Virus record (IMG/VR): IMGVR_UViG_3300016744_000005
Coordinates: 52,369 to 116,368 of that record
Direction: 5' to 3' (one strand)
Length of the DNA: 64,000 bases
Source: a virus
Taxonomy: Duplodnaviria; Caudoviricetes
Position 1 is the first letter of the stretch. Every line of letters starts with the position of its first letter. Shown piece after piece: positions 16,783 to 27,065 of the stretch. A program made the position numbers and the translations under genes. The notes below the pieces were generated by a model, which was not told where the DNA came from, searched no databases, and saw only the letters and a program-made list of their open reading frames with translations.

Positions 16783-19700
16783 ATGACTCAGACAGTATAT
16801 CTATTCGACCCACATGGCGTCGATGCGAAATGTCTAATTTCGAACGAATCACGTGCAGTACCTGCCCTCGGTGGTCGGTTTCGTTGTATCATTCCGAGTG
16901 CCGCTCCCTTCTATAGAAAAGGTGCAGTAGTTAAGCATGGTGCACGTGTATTAAAAGAAGGTGTTGATTTCTACTTTGGACATCAGTATGTCCGTGGTAC
17001 ACATCAGACTGCTCAAATGATTTACGGCAGTATCTTGATTTTGGATGAGACAGTAACTACTCCAGTCACACTTAGCTATCAAACATTAGGTGGACAGTAT
17101 ACGGTTACCGACGCTCGCATTACTGCTTATTTAGCTAATGAGCTTAAAGACCCCATCTCGTCTAGATGGGAAGACGTTTTAGCGAATGACCCATTTTTCC
17201 CACCGGTAGATATCGCTTATGATATCGATAACTGGACTGGTGAAGTAGCGCTGATTGATGCAGTCGAACACCTCGGTGAAGCAGTAGCTGCACAAGACCC
17301 TAAAAACTCTGATGAATACACACTTTACGATCGTTGGTTAAAAGAACAGCGTAAGATCGTAGACGATAGTCTGTGGGCTGAACATCTAGCTAATCAGAAT
17401 TCTACCACTACAGGTACTGGTACAGTAACACCTGGTCCAGAAGCACCTGCTACCGGCACCGACAAAGTATTAGTAGAAGAAGCGGTTAACTATATCGGTG
17501 GTTGGGCGATTAACTCTAGTAACTTCCCTGGTGAGTGGAATAACTTCAATACCTCGGTGGGGGTAGTCTATGGGGTTAGTTCTCTATATGACTATATGTT
17601 CAGTAGTGATGTAGTGGTATACAATCCATCAGTAGATCCATCTAGCTATACTACTGAGCTGCAAGGTTTAGCGTTTGATAATATCCATGAAGGCTGGGAA
17701 GCTAGTGCAGACATCGATATCGGTGGTCAAAGTTATATATTTGAACACGATTATGGTGACCGAGTTAATTTCATGTCGACACCAGACGACATCGTTAACT
17801 ACATGGAATTCGCATTAAAGTGTAATGGTTTTGATATGCCAGATCAGTCACAGTATTTGGCATTCCGATTTGAACCGCAGGGGTTGTTGTCTAATGGTGC
17901 ATTATCGTTGTGGACACATGACGGTGGTTTGATCGAGCAGGTGATCTACTCTGACCCAGCCCAGGTATTACCACTGGGTAGTAAATTTGATTCGATGGGT
18001 ACTGTTAGTGTCAAATGGGGTGAAAACGATACTGAGTACTATATACAGCTGTCGTATACCAGTGAAGGTACTCCGTATGAATTACGTGTACCGAAAAGTG
18101 TAGTAACTGATGCAGTAGGTGAGTTTGGTATCGGTCCTTATGGCATTGGTGCAGTCAACGTACCTAACATCGGTGCATATAACGTTACCTTCAAATACTT
18201 AGAGGCTGATACTAGCGGTACTGCACTTAAGCATTTTAACCTGTATGAATTGGTACGTGATGAACCAAACACTGCATTAGGTTTCGCACATCAACCTGCT
18301 GGTAGATTGATGTATGATGATGAGGTGTGGTTTTATGCAGACGGTGTAGTAGACGATGCTGACTCCTGGTGGATGTTTAATGACGATTTAGATACCGCGT
18401 ACCACTACACACCACTCATTTGGGATGATGCAGTCGGTAAGTATGTCGTTGATACCGCATTACGCTCTACCAATTACAACGGGTTGTTGTCTGGCTACGG
18501 ATTTACCAACTACCAAGCCAAGTGGGAGTTACATTACCTACGTGATCCTAACTCATTCGATAATGACACTTTACCCGAAGTCGATAACGTTACTGGGTTG
18601 ATGGGGATAATCATCGGACGTACCCCAGAGTCTACTGCGGTTAATGAAACGTTTTCATTAATATTCGAATTCACTGGTGCAGGTGATGGTACTAATGAGT
18701 CTGCTCGTATTGGGGTCTGGCGTAACTATGGCGTATATGGTAAAGCACAGCGTTTAGATTACATCGATATCCCAGAACACGGTTATCGCAACAACCTAAC
18801 CTATTGGGCTGATGTTAATCTCAATAGTAACGGTACTTTACCGACTGCTGTTAATATCTCAGCAGGTTATACGTCTTTGGAAGAAGGTCGTGTCCAGCTG
18901 TATTTCTACATGTTTGACGGCGGTATTGATACTACGTTATTTGATCAAGCGATACACATCGGTTTAACTGAGTATCGTGGTTTGAATCCAACTATCCGTT
19001 TAGTGGATCTGACATCTACACCAGGTGGTACTGGTCCAGTAATTGAAGCCCCTGTCGTAACCGAAGGTACTAATCCACATGGGACACTGTGGTATAATGC
19101 TAACGCATTGAAATCTGACGGTATTGCAAAGAATGCTAATCTGTTCAATGGTCAAACATTAGACCAGTTGACTGCTATGGTGAATGCGCAACAAGGTGTG
19201 GCAGCATCGTTGGGTGGGTTATTCCCGATTAATGTCGAGCGAGTAATGACTGGCAATCTGATCTTAAAAGATGCCATGGGTAGCCTATGGGTTAACAGTA
19301 GTTTTAATTATTTATCGGCTGAATTATCTGCCGGTAATCAATTACTGCAATCAATCTCTTCCGTAATACTTAAAGCAGACCATAATAAAAATACAGTCGG
19401 TGCATTTGCTTCTTTGGAATCCGGTGCCAACGTATTGAAAGTGGTCTCCTCTGGTCCAGATAAAGACAACAATAAATTGTTTTTTAACGACTACCAGGTA
19501 TTTACTACCGAAACACTAGCAGCTAACGTACCGATGAATGCTAATGCTACTATCGATTTACATTACGTACAGCAATCGCCTGTGACTTTCAGTGGTAAAG
19601 GATCATCTAGTTCACCGCTTAAAGCAGATATCGCTATACCGATGGGTTCTAAAACCCAGTCTGGTAGATTAGTCTTAACATCAGACTTAACATTCGATGG

Positions 19701-22700
19701 AGTGAATTTAAAAGCAGCTACACCAGCTGCGATAAATAGTCTTCGACTACAGTTAGCCAACTTGGTACCTAATACTGTAACCGTGAATGGACATCGGTTA
19801 AATACCGATATCATTATCACTGAAACTGACTTAGGTGTGCAGAACATCACAAACACGTCTGACATGGCTAAACCAGTTAACGCGCAATATCAAGCGTTGT
19901 TGGAGCAGTATGCTGACGATGGACATGTACACGCGTGGGATGTTTATGATGCACCGTTAGCGACGCCTACCGTAGCAGGTATTACGCATTTCAATAACGA
20001 TTTGAATGATACCATTACTGAAGCACAAACTACCGCGATTGAATCTACGGCTATTGAGAATATCTATAGCGAGATAAGTAATTTAGAATCCGCTGCTCAC
20101 AGCAAGATGTTGAATAACGGTATGGATTTGGTACAGTATGGAGATAATTCATATTTACCTATACCAGCAGTGGGTGCCTATATCGCATCTGGTCCCTCTA
20201 GTTACAGTTGGTCCACAGGGTTCCTAGTTGAAAAATCTGGTAAGTTAGTGATTTTGCGTAATGGTCGTGATTTAGTTTCAGAAGTAGTACAATATGCTTA
20301 CGCAGATATTGACGGCTCCGGTGTGATTAGCAATTACACTCCAACTATTACACCATATACTCCATCTGCACTGCCTGCTGGATTGCGAGTTACTAAAGTA
20401 ATTCACAACACTGAAACCGCGATGCTCGTGGAAGTGATAAATTCCAGTAATGTCAGATCATTGCGTTATGTGCGATTAAATGGTACGTTTGATGGGACAC
20501 AACATCATGTCGGTGCAGTGTCCGGAGTGCCGTATACCGCAGATGAAACTACCAGTATGGCTAGTCGTAATAGCCAGCGTATGGTACCGTTTATTGTAGG
20601 TAGTTATGCGTATGTGGTAGCACAGGTGTACAACGCAGCCGCTAATGGCGAACTCACGGTGTCGCTATACCGTGCCCCATTAACTCCATTGGATACGAAT
20701 GGTACACTTACCTTTACTCCAGTGACACTGTCTGGTAATGACTTATACACTCTGCCACAAAGCGGTACTGTGTTTCCACTGGTAAGTTATGGTGTATCAC
20801 AGAACGCTGCAGATAAACCACTGATATTGGTACCTGCTGGTGCTAGTGCCGAATGGGCGCATTTCGACATAGCTAATACTGGATTTGCGATAAATGCAGA
20901 CGGTACTAAGATCCGCCTGATCTTTGGCAGTGAAGTATATGCTACTACTACTACCGCTGGTGGTGCGTATTGGAATTGTAGTGCGGTGATTGAGTTAGCC
21001 ACTGGTGTACTTACCATAGATAACGGTGACGTAGCACCGATCGTGATGGATAACAGCTTAGCATCAACCAACCCGATGTGGATGTCAGATGCAGGTTTAG
21101 AGGCTACGTTCCCGATAGCGAAATGGGATAGTGAAGCGTTTACCACGCATGTAGGTGAGTATCGGTTTGGTAGCAGAAAACACCACGCCACTGGTACGTA
21201 TATAGGCACTTACACAGTGTCTGATTCTGAGCTATCGATGTTTGATAGCTTTGCATTGCGTGCACGTACTGCTACGGTCGCTAACGCAGTACTGGTCGAC
21301 GGTAAATATGGTGGTCCATCTCACAGCACGATGTCATCTGTGGCGATTAACCGCGATACTATCTATGGGATCAACCGGCTAGATGGTTCTAAATGGGCAC
21401 GTAAGTATACCACTACTGGATCAATACCTTATACCACTGCACTGGAAGGGTTTTATCCAAATGGTGTTGGGTATGTACCGTCTGATGCAGAGTTAAAATC
21501 CATTAGACACGGTATTAGTTATCTCCAATCTACTGATACCACCGCACCAGTAGGCGGTGTAGTGTTCTCTACCAATCATCTGGTGTCTGATGCGACGTAC
21601 CATGGTATTGCTGCCAGCATCACCACTACTGAGTTAGAACGGATTAGAGCATTAATTCAAACTAATTTAGCAGTAACTCCATTTGATAGTTATGTGATGT
21701 TGTATGTGCCAGCTAATCCAGCTCATCCAGTAGTAGCGATGTTCCATTGGCTAGATACACCGGTTAATAGCCTCTATACACGCCGTGTTGCGATTTATCC
21801 AGTAACCCTGAACGCACGTACTGGGGTAGTAACTGCTACTGCTCTAGGGCTGCGTATAGCGACGTATATGATCTCTGCTGACGCTAAAGGTTATACCCGT
21901 ACTGATAACAACTTTAACAGCTCAGCTATCGTGAAGCTGTCTAATGGTAATCTCTTTTACATTTGTAATGCTGCTCATCGGACCGATTATACTTCGTGGA
22001 GTGGGTATGAGTCATTCACGATGATGTATAACACGGTGAACATGACTTGGAGTGATATATCGAATGCTCAGCATGACTCGAACTGGAATGTTAAAGGGTG
22101 GTTAGCAGTACCTAAATATGGTGCATGTTTGTTGCAACCAGACGCATCCACCACTGCGGTTATAGCTACTCAGTTTGGTTGGAATGAGGCTGATATCACC
22201 AACGAAGTCGAGTATGGTGATCGAGTGATCCATTCGTCCCAGGTATTATCTGGTTCGGTAATTTACTTTACTGAAAGTGAAACGTATGTGTGTAACGGTA
22301 TGTCGGTGACTATACCGGCAGCTACGTTAGATCTAGCGACGTTGTTCCCAGGTCAATGGATTAATAACCGGTTCTACATATACGTAGTTACTACACCAGG
22401 TGCTGGCGTGTTTGCTACTTATGGTTACGTGGTAAAAACTTCATTAGAAGCAGATACTACTGACCAAACTTATATCGGCTATTGTACTACAGATGCTACT
22501 AAGGTCACTAACGTGGTGGTAAACCGTGTTACGAAATTAGGGTATTTCCGTGAGCTATTAGATCATATCAACGATCCAAATGCACATGGATTAACTGCAT
22601 TAACTAAAGCAGATATAGGTTTACCATTGGTGGTCAATAAGTCACCACGGTATGAGTTAAAGACGGGGTTGTTTGGGGAAGTATTTAGCAGCTGGCACCG

Positions 22701-23694
22701 GTTCTCTCATGGTGTTACTCCGGTAGCATCGATCGATTGGACACAACCAGCGGTACCTGCTGAACTAGATGCCTGGTCTTACTCTTCAGCTGATGACACC
22801 GTTAAATCCACTCAAAACACAGGTTCGTATGTAGGCTTCGTTTCTAATGAATCGGTAGCTGACTACACGTTTGATACTGTGGTGGGTGTAAAAGCTACTT
22901 CTACGGATATCGATGATGATATCATCGGGTTGGTGATCGGTTATGTAGAGATTGATGGGAAAGAACACACCCTGTCGGTACTGCGTATGCCGAAAGCTAT
23001 CCAGGTGTCAGACTTTGGTTATGTGGCAGGTTATCAGTTTGCGGTGTATTACGATTTCCATTTGCCTGATCAAAAGCCAGTGGCGCTCGTGGATACTATC
23101 GCGACCGATACTAACACGGGGATCTGGCGTGGCCGCTATGCACGTATCCGTGTCAATCGTACTGGCAATACCTATGTAGTCAAATCCACTGCGATCACTA
23201 CGTCCAATTGGTCAGCTGCTGTCGATGCTGATTTTATCTACAGTATGACCTTCACGTTAGACGATCTACCAGAATTGGCTAAATTCAAAGGGTCTACTCG
23301 GTACGGGTATTCGGCGTTATCTCAAATCGATGCCTCGTTTATCAATTACCAACGGCCTGACGAAGATGGTAAGAACTATTACGCGACTGCACTCGAAGCG
23401 ATCCGTGCTAGTTATTTTGCCGATAATATGGCTATCATCTCTGGTGTAGTAGCTAATGGTGGTGTCATACCACTCCCTGGTGGTTTAACTGCTGGACAAT
23501 GTCGGGTGTTTTTAATGCCAGATAAGTCCGTATTGGGTGGTGGGGTAAATTTAGGTATTAAAGGCTTAAATCTATCACACGATCCAAATACCCTGGTAGT
23601 TACCTCCACGGTTACGCGGACCAATGGTATTACCTATGGAATGCAAGCTGCGTATATCATCGTGGGACTCCCTAGCTTTAAACTATTTAAATAA
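16783..23694 (+). CDS. Giant tail fibre / baseplate appendage (phiKZ gp145/146-type N-terminus)
   Basis: 2303 aa; YLFDPHG..RCIIP.AAPFY start; fibre motifs TVNGH.L..DI and V.NTSDMAKPV; C-terminal DDD.IG.VIG lectin-like domain. Confidence 0.8.
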   Translation: MTQTVYLFDPHGVDAKCLISNESRAVPALGGRFRCIIPSAAPFYRKGAVVKHGARVLKEGVDFYFGHQYVRGTHQTAQMIYGSILILDETVTTPVTLSYQTLGGQYTVTDARITAYLANELKDPISSRWEDVLANDPFFPPVDIAYDIDNWTGEVALIDAVEHLGEAVAAQDPKNSDEYTLYDRWLKEQRKIVDDSLWAEHLANQNSTTTGTGTVTPGPEAPATGTDKVLVEEAVNYIGGWAINSSNFPGEWNNFNTSVGVVYGVSSLYDYMFSSDVVVYNPSVDPSSYTTELQGLAFDNIHEGWEASADIDIGGQSYIFEHDYGDRVNFMSTPDDIVNYMEFALKCNGFDMPDQSQYLAFRFEPQGLLSNGALSLWTHDGGLIEQVIYSDPAQVLPLGSKFDSMGTVSVKWGENDTEYYIQLSYTSEGTPYELRVPKSVVTDAVGEFGIGPYGIGAVNVPNIGAYNVTFKYLEADTSGTALKHFNLYELVRDEPNTALGFAHQPAGRLMYDDEVWFYADGVVDDADSWWMFNDDLDTAYHYTPLIWDDAVGKYVVDTALRSTNYNGLLSGYGFTNYQAKWELHYLRDPNSFDNDTLPEVDNVTGLMGIIIGRTPESTAVNETFSLIFEFTGAGDGTNESARIGVWRNYGVYGKAQRLDYIDIPEHGYRNNLTYWADVNLNSNGTLPTAVNISAGYTSLEEGRVQLYFYMFDGGIDTTLFDQAIHIGLTEYRGLNPTIRLVDLTSTPGGTGPVIEAPVVTEGTNPHGTLWYNANALKSDGIAKNANLFNGQTLDQLTAMVNAQQGVAASLGGLFPINVERVMTGNLILKDAMGSLWVNSSFNYLSAELSAGNQLLQSISSVILKADHNKNTVGAFASLESGANVLKVVSSGPDKDNNKLFFNDYQVFTTETLAANVPMNANATIDLHYVQQSPVTFSGKGSSSSPLKADIAIPMGSKTQSGRLVLTSDLTFDGVNLKAATPAAINSLRLQLANLVPNTVTVNGHRLNTDIIITETDLGVQNITNTSDMAKPVNAQYQALLEQYADDGHVHAWDVYDAPLATPTVAGITHFNNDLNDTITEAQTTAIESTAIENIYSEISNLESAAHSKMLNNGMDLVQYGDNSYLPIPAVGAYIASGPSSYSWSTGFLVEKSGKLVILRNGRDLVSEVVQYAYADIDGSGVISNYTPTITPYTPSALPAGLRVTKVIHNTETAMLVEVINSSNVRSLRYVRLNGTFDGTQHHVGAVSGVPYTADETTSMASRNSQRMVPFIVGSYAYVVAQVYNAAANGELTVSLYRAPLTPLDTNGTLTFTPVTLSGNDLYTLPQSGTVFPLVSYGVSQNAADKPLILVPAGASAEWAHFDIANTGFAINADGTKIRLIFGSEVYATTTTAGGAYWNCSAVIELATGVLTIDNGDVAPIVMDNSLASTNPMWMSDAGLEATFPIAKWDSEAFTTHVGEYRFGSRKHHATGTYIGTYTVSDSELSMFDSFALRARTATVANAVLVDGKYGGPSHSTMSSVAINRDTIYGINRLDGSKWARKYTTTGSIPYTTALEGFYPNGVGYVPSDAELKSIRHGISYLQSTDTTAPVGGVVFSTNHLVSDATYHGIAASITTTELERIRALIQTNLAVTPFDSYVMLYVPANPAHPVVAMFHWLDTPVNSLYTRRVAIYPVTLNARTGVVTATALGLRIATYMISADAKGYTRTDNNFNSSAIVKLSNGNLFYICNAAHRTDYTSWSGYESFTMMYNTVNMTWSDISNAQHDSNWNVKGWLAVPKYGACLLQPDASTTAVIATQFGWNEADITNEVEYGDRVIHSSQVLSGSVIYFTESETYVCNGMSVTIPAATLDLATLFPGQWINNRFYIYVVTTPGAGVFATYGYVVKTSLEADTTDQTYIGYCTTDATKVTNVVVNRVTKLGYFRELLDHINDPNAHGLTALTKADIGLPLVVNKSPRYELKTGLFGEVFSSWHRFSHGVTPVASIDWTQPAVPAELDAWSYSSADDTVKSTQNTGSYVGFVSNESVADYTFDTVVGVKATSTDIDDDIIGLVIGYVEIDGKEHTLSVLRMPKAIQVSDFGYVAGYQFAVYYDFHLPDQKPVALVDTIATDTNTGIWRGRYARIRVNRTGNTYVVKSTAITTSNWSAAVDADFIYSMTFTLDDLPELAKFKGSTRYGYSALSQIDASFINYQRPDEDGKNYYATALEAIRASYFADNMAIISGVVANGGVIPLPGGLTAGQCRVFLMPDKSVLGGGVNLGIKGLNLSHDPNTLVVTSTVTRTNGITYGMQAAYIIVGLPSFKLFK

Positions 23695-23706
23695 GGACTA
23701 AAGCGC

Positions 23707-26700
23707 ATGGCTTTAACAGTATCGTACCCATGGGATCCCATGGGTGTCAATGCTGCGTGTTTTATTACCGGGGAGAGCTACGCGCTCTCCTCGATTAATA
23801 ATACGTATCGTTGTATTATCCCGGAATCTGCTCCGTTTTACAAAAAGGACCTAGCCGTTATCCATGCTACCTCAGGCAAAACGCTGCAAGAGGGGGTCGA
23901 TTACTATTTAGGTCATCGTTATTTAGAAGTCGGAGCGATTGCTTCTTTAGAGCTATACGGCTCTATCAATTTCATTAACCCTGAACTATTCGGGGAGATC
24001 AAACTGAACTACCGGACGATCGGTGGTCCATATATTCCAGTTAAGAATAAAGTAGCTGATTATTTAGCTAACTATTTAACTGATCCACTGTCAGTCTCCT
24101 GGGAAGATGTGTTTAATAAACCGGAGTTCTATCCAGCAGAAGACCACGAACAAATCTGGTCAGATTTTGTTAATACTGAAAATATCGCAGCTGCGGTAGA
24201 CACAGTAACTGATGCAGTAAACACATATGCGGCAAATAAATCAGAAGCAGTAATCGCACATATCACTGCACGTATTGCTGCATTAGATAAATTCGTTACC
24301 GATACCCAGTTTAATCAACACATCATCGATAAAGCTAATCCACACGATGTAACGTGGGATCAAACTGATGCATTGCAAGCTACTGCTACTGCAGTAGAAT
24401 CATTAAAGCTGTACGGTAAGACGTTAATCGAATTAGCTGCCTATATCAACGCTAAAGGCATTACCCAAGCTCATTTAGATGCATACGTTTCCAAACGCGA
24501 TGATGTTACATTAACCAAGAATTTAAAACTTACTGATGGCGTAGCTATCATTAAGAGTTCTGGTTTAGCTAGTAGTGTTAATTTAAACTCTGGTAATATC
24601 ATACTTTCATGCGTACACACTAATAAAGTCTTAGCCAACTTTGACGATACTGGCGATGAATCTGCTTATTTACAGGCAGGTAATAACGTATTGCGTGTGC
24701 GTGGCAATGCAGCTACTATCGGTGCTGACGATTTAACTTATAATGATAAAGTAGTTATCCATTTAGGTAACTTACGTAAGTACTTAGGTAATATCAGTTT
24801 TGGTACAGTACATGTCACGGTACAAAACACAGCTACCGGTGCATGGACTGGTATGGGTACTGCAGTAGACCCACTGGTACTTACTCCAATTACCCCTACA
24901 GCATCTACTACAGTGGCGGGTAAAGCTAAAATATCGGTAGCTACTAACTCTACAGACACCACTGCGTTTGCAGCCTCGTCTGCACTAGCTAGTGTAATGG
25001 CGCAGTTAACTGGGTTTATTCCAGTTACTACCAAGATAAATGGTCGTCCATTAACCAGTAATATTACCTTTACTAAGGGTGAATATGGTTTATCTGTAGT
25101 GGATAACACCGCGGATTTAAACAAACCTATATCCACCGCACAACAAGCTGCGCTGGATGCTAAAACACCTTTAGTACATACGCACGATTGGTCGAGTATT
25201 ACGCCACCTGTAATGTCTACCACTGTAGATGGTATTGCTAAATTAGCCACTACTCGTGCTGAGGTTAGTTCAGGCGTAGCAGCTGCCCCTAGCTTGTTAA
25301 AAGTAGCGTACGACTATTATACCAATGTGAATACATTGATACGTACTCAACTATTAAAACGTAATACTGTGAGCATGATTCACTATATACCAGCTGGTAG
25401 TATAGGGTATCCAGCCATTACGACACAGGTAGTCTCTCCCAGCGAACCAATCGTAGACGCCAATGGTGATCCAGTACTGGATGGTGATGGTAATCCTACC
25501 TTTACCCCGGAAGTGATTGAGGATGTTTATCCTGCTTCATGGTGGGTGATTACTATGCCATCTGGAGTCCTTTACGCTAATGGTGAGAGCTACACAGTTA
25601 ACGCCACCAGTATCGATTTACAGTACTGGTTTGGGGCTAATGTAACCAACCGTACACTGCATATGCATGCGGTATTAATGAATGATGGTAGAGTAGTTTA
25701 TGGGGTCGAATACTCTATATTACCGGATACTAAAAGTAGTATCTATATTGGTGCATTAGTTACGAATGACACTAAAGTAGTTTCCGATACTTTATCACGT
25801 CGCGTTAGCTTTGGTATGTTCAAAGAGTTAAAAGAACATATCGATGCTACCAGTGGTGTCCACAATTTCACTGGGGATGCTGCTGCACTCGTAGGTTTAG
25901 ATCTAGTAGAGAACTACCCACTCCAGCATTATGCTCATCAGTTCTCACCACTCTCTGTGGTAAAGACCTGGTCTAAGTTTAGTTACACTGGAGCGAACGA
26001 TGCGATGTGGGTAGCTAGTAATGATAATTGTAGTTTATTGTGCAATCTATCTGGATTAGCTACAGCACTGGAAGGTCGTTGGACTAAAGCCAATATGTGG
26101 GATCGATTACATTCCACTAGTACTCCGGGCTTACTGCGAGCACAAGCAACCCTACGTGATGTGGTGTATCAGAAAGCTGCACTCTCCACCGATATCAGAA
26201 CGTATTGCGATAGTACTGAATTAGTTTTGGGTGTGTATGTAGATAATGCAGGGAATACACATACGTTATCACTGGCACATTATCAATCTAGTACTGATCC
26301 TAATATAGTGCGCTCTAAGTTGTATTACAATAAAGGGTTAGCCACTGAACAGATAATCGGTGAGTATTGGCAACCTACCTACGGTATGTCGTTTGCTACA
26401 CCGCCAGGTGGAGTCTACAGTGTTTGGAGTAAATTGATACTGTATATGACTGCTGAGTATTGCAACGATAATGGTACTAAGTATATCCAGGTAGTATTGC
26501 GTTCCAACGTTGAATGGGGTAGTCCATCACGTACTGCAGAGCAGGCTAATAACCGTACAGTGACCAAGTTTAATCTGGCTGATTTACCTGCGTTCCCGTA
26601 CCGTGCTGAATTATTAGCCTCGGGTGCAATGGGTCTACTCACTCGGAAACCTGCGAATCACATCTATACCTGGTTTGATATTACCACACCGTATAGTAAA

Positions 26701-27054
26701 TCAGCGTACGCTTCAGCTAACTTAATTATGGAGCTGGCGAAACGCGGTACCGGTATGGCAGTAGCACAAGGTATTGGCACTGGTATGACTAGTACTGATT
26801 ATGGACTTGGGTCATCCCGTGCGATTACTCTGGTGTCACCACGGACTATTACGACTGTAGCTGGTAAAGGGATCGATACGTTTAGTTTTAGTGCGTTTCA
26901 AGACCCGAATGGTCAGATTAAAATGCTAGATTCATCGTACTTAAATCCTACCGTACAGCAAATCACTGATGGTACTTCACCGTCTACTACACCAACTTAC
27001 ACCGTCACTGTGATTAGCTTCAGTGATGAAATTGATTTGATCGCTACAGATTAA
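23707..27054 (+). CDS. Tail fibre paralogue 2
   Basis: 1115 aa; same N-terminal domain; NPH, INGRPL and VDNTADLNKPIS motifs. Confidence 0.8.
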   Translation: MALTVSYPWDPMGVNAACFITGESYALSSINNTYRCIIPESAPFYKKDLAVIHATSGKTLQEGVDYYLGHRYLEVGAIASLELYGSINFINPELFGEIKLNYRTIGGPYIPVKNKVADYLANYLTDPLSVSWEDVFNKPEFYPAEDHEQIWSDFVNTENIAAAVDTVTDAVNTYAANKSEAVIAHITARIAALDKFVTDTQFNQHIIDKANPHDVTWDQTDALQATATAVESLKLYGKTLIELAAYINAKGITQAHLDAYVSKRDDVTLTKNLKLTDGVAIIKSSGLASSVNLNSGNIILSCVHTNKVLANFDDTGDESAYLQAGNNVLRVRGNAATIGADDLTYNDKVVIHLGNLRKYLGNISFGTVHVTVQNTATGAWTGMGTAVDPLVLTPITPTASTTVAGKAKISVATNSTDTTAFAASSALASVMAQLTGFIPVTTKINGRPLTSNITFTKGEYGLSVVDNTADLNKPISTAQQAALDAKTPLVHTHDWSSITPPVMSTTVDGIAKLATTRAEVSSGVAAAPSLLKVAYDYYTNVNTLIRTQLLKRNTVSMIHYIPAGSIGYPAITTQVVSPSEPIVDANGDPVLDGDGNPTFTPEVIEDVYPASWWVITMPSGVLYANGESYTVNATSIDLQYWFGANVTNRTLHMHAVLMNDGRVVYGVEYSILPDTKSSIYIGALVTNDTKVVSDTLSRRVSFGMFKELKEHIDATSGVHNFTGDAAALVGLDLVENYPLQHYAHQFSPLSVVKTWSKFSYTGANDAMWVASNDNCSLLCNLSGLATALEGRWTKANMWDRLHSTSTPGLLRAQATLRDVVYQKAALSTDIRTYCDSTELVLGVYVDNAGNTHTLSLAHYQSSTDPNIVRSKLYYNKGLATEQIIGEYWQPTYGMSFATPPGGVYSVWSKLILYMTAEYCNDNGTKYIQVVLRSNVEWGSPSRTAEQANNRTVTKFNLADLPAFPYRAELLASGAMGLLTRKPANHIYTWFDITTPYSKSAYASANLIMELAKRGTGMAVAQGIGTGMTSTDYGLGSSRAITLVSPRTITTVAGKGIDTFSFSAFQDPNGQIKMLDSSYLNPTVQQITDGTSPSTTPTYTVTVISFSDEIDLIATD

Positions 27055-27065
27055 AGGAGTTCTAT

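Noticed and set aside
17401-19071. Fibre insert as an intein
   Set aside because: It starts with Ser but has no terminal His-Asn followed by Cys/Ser/Thr and no LAGLIDADG or Hint motifs; flexible linkers suggest a displayed domain
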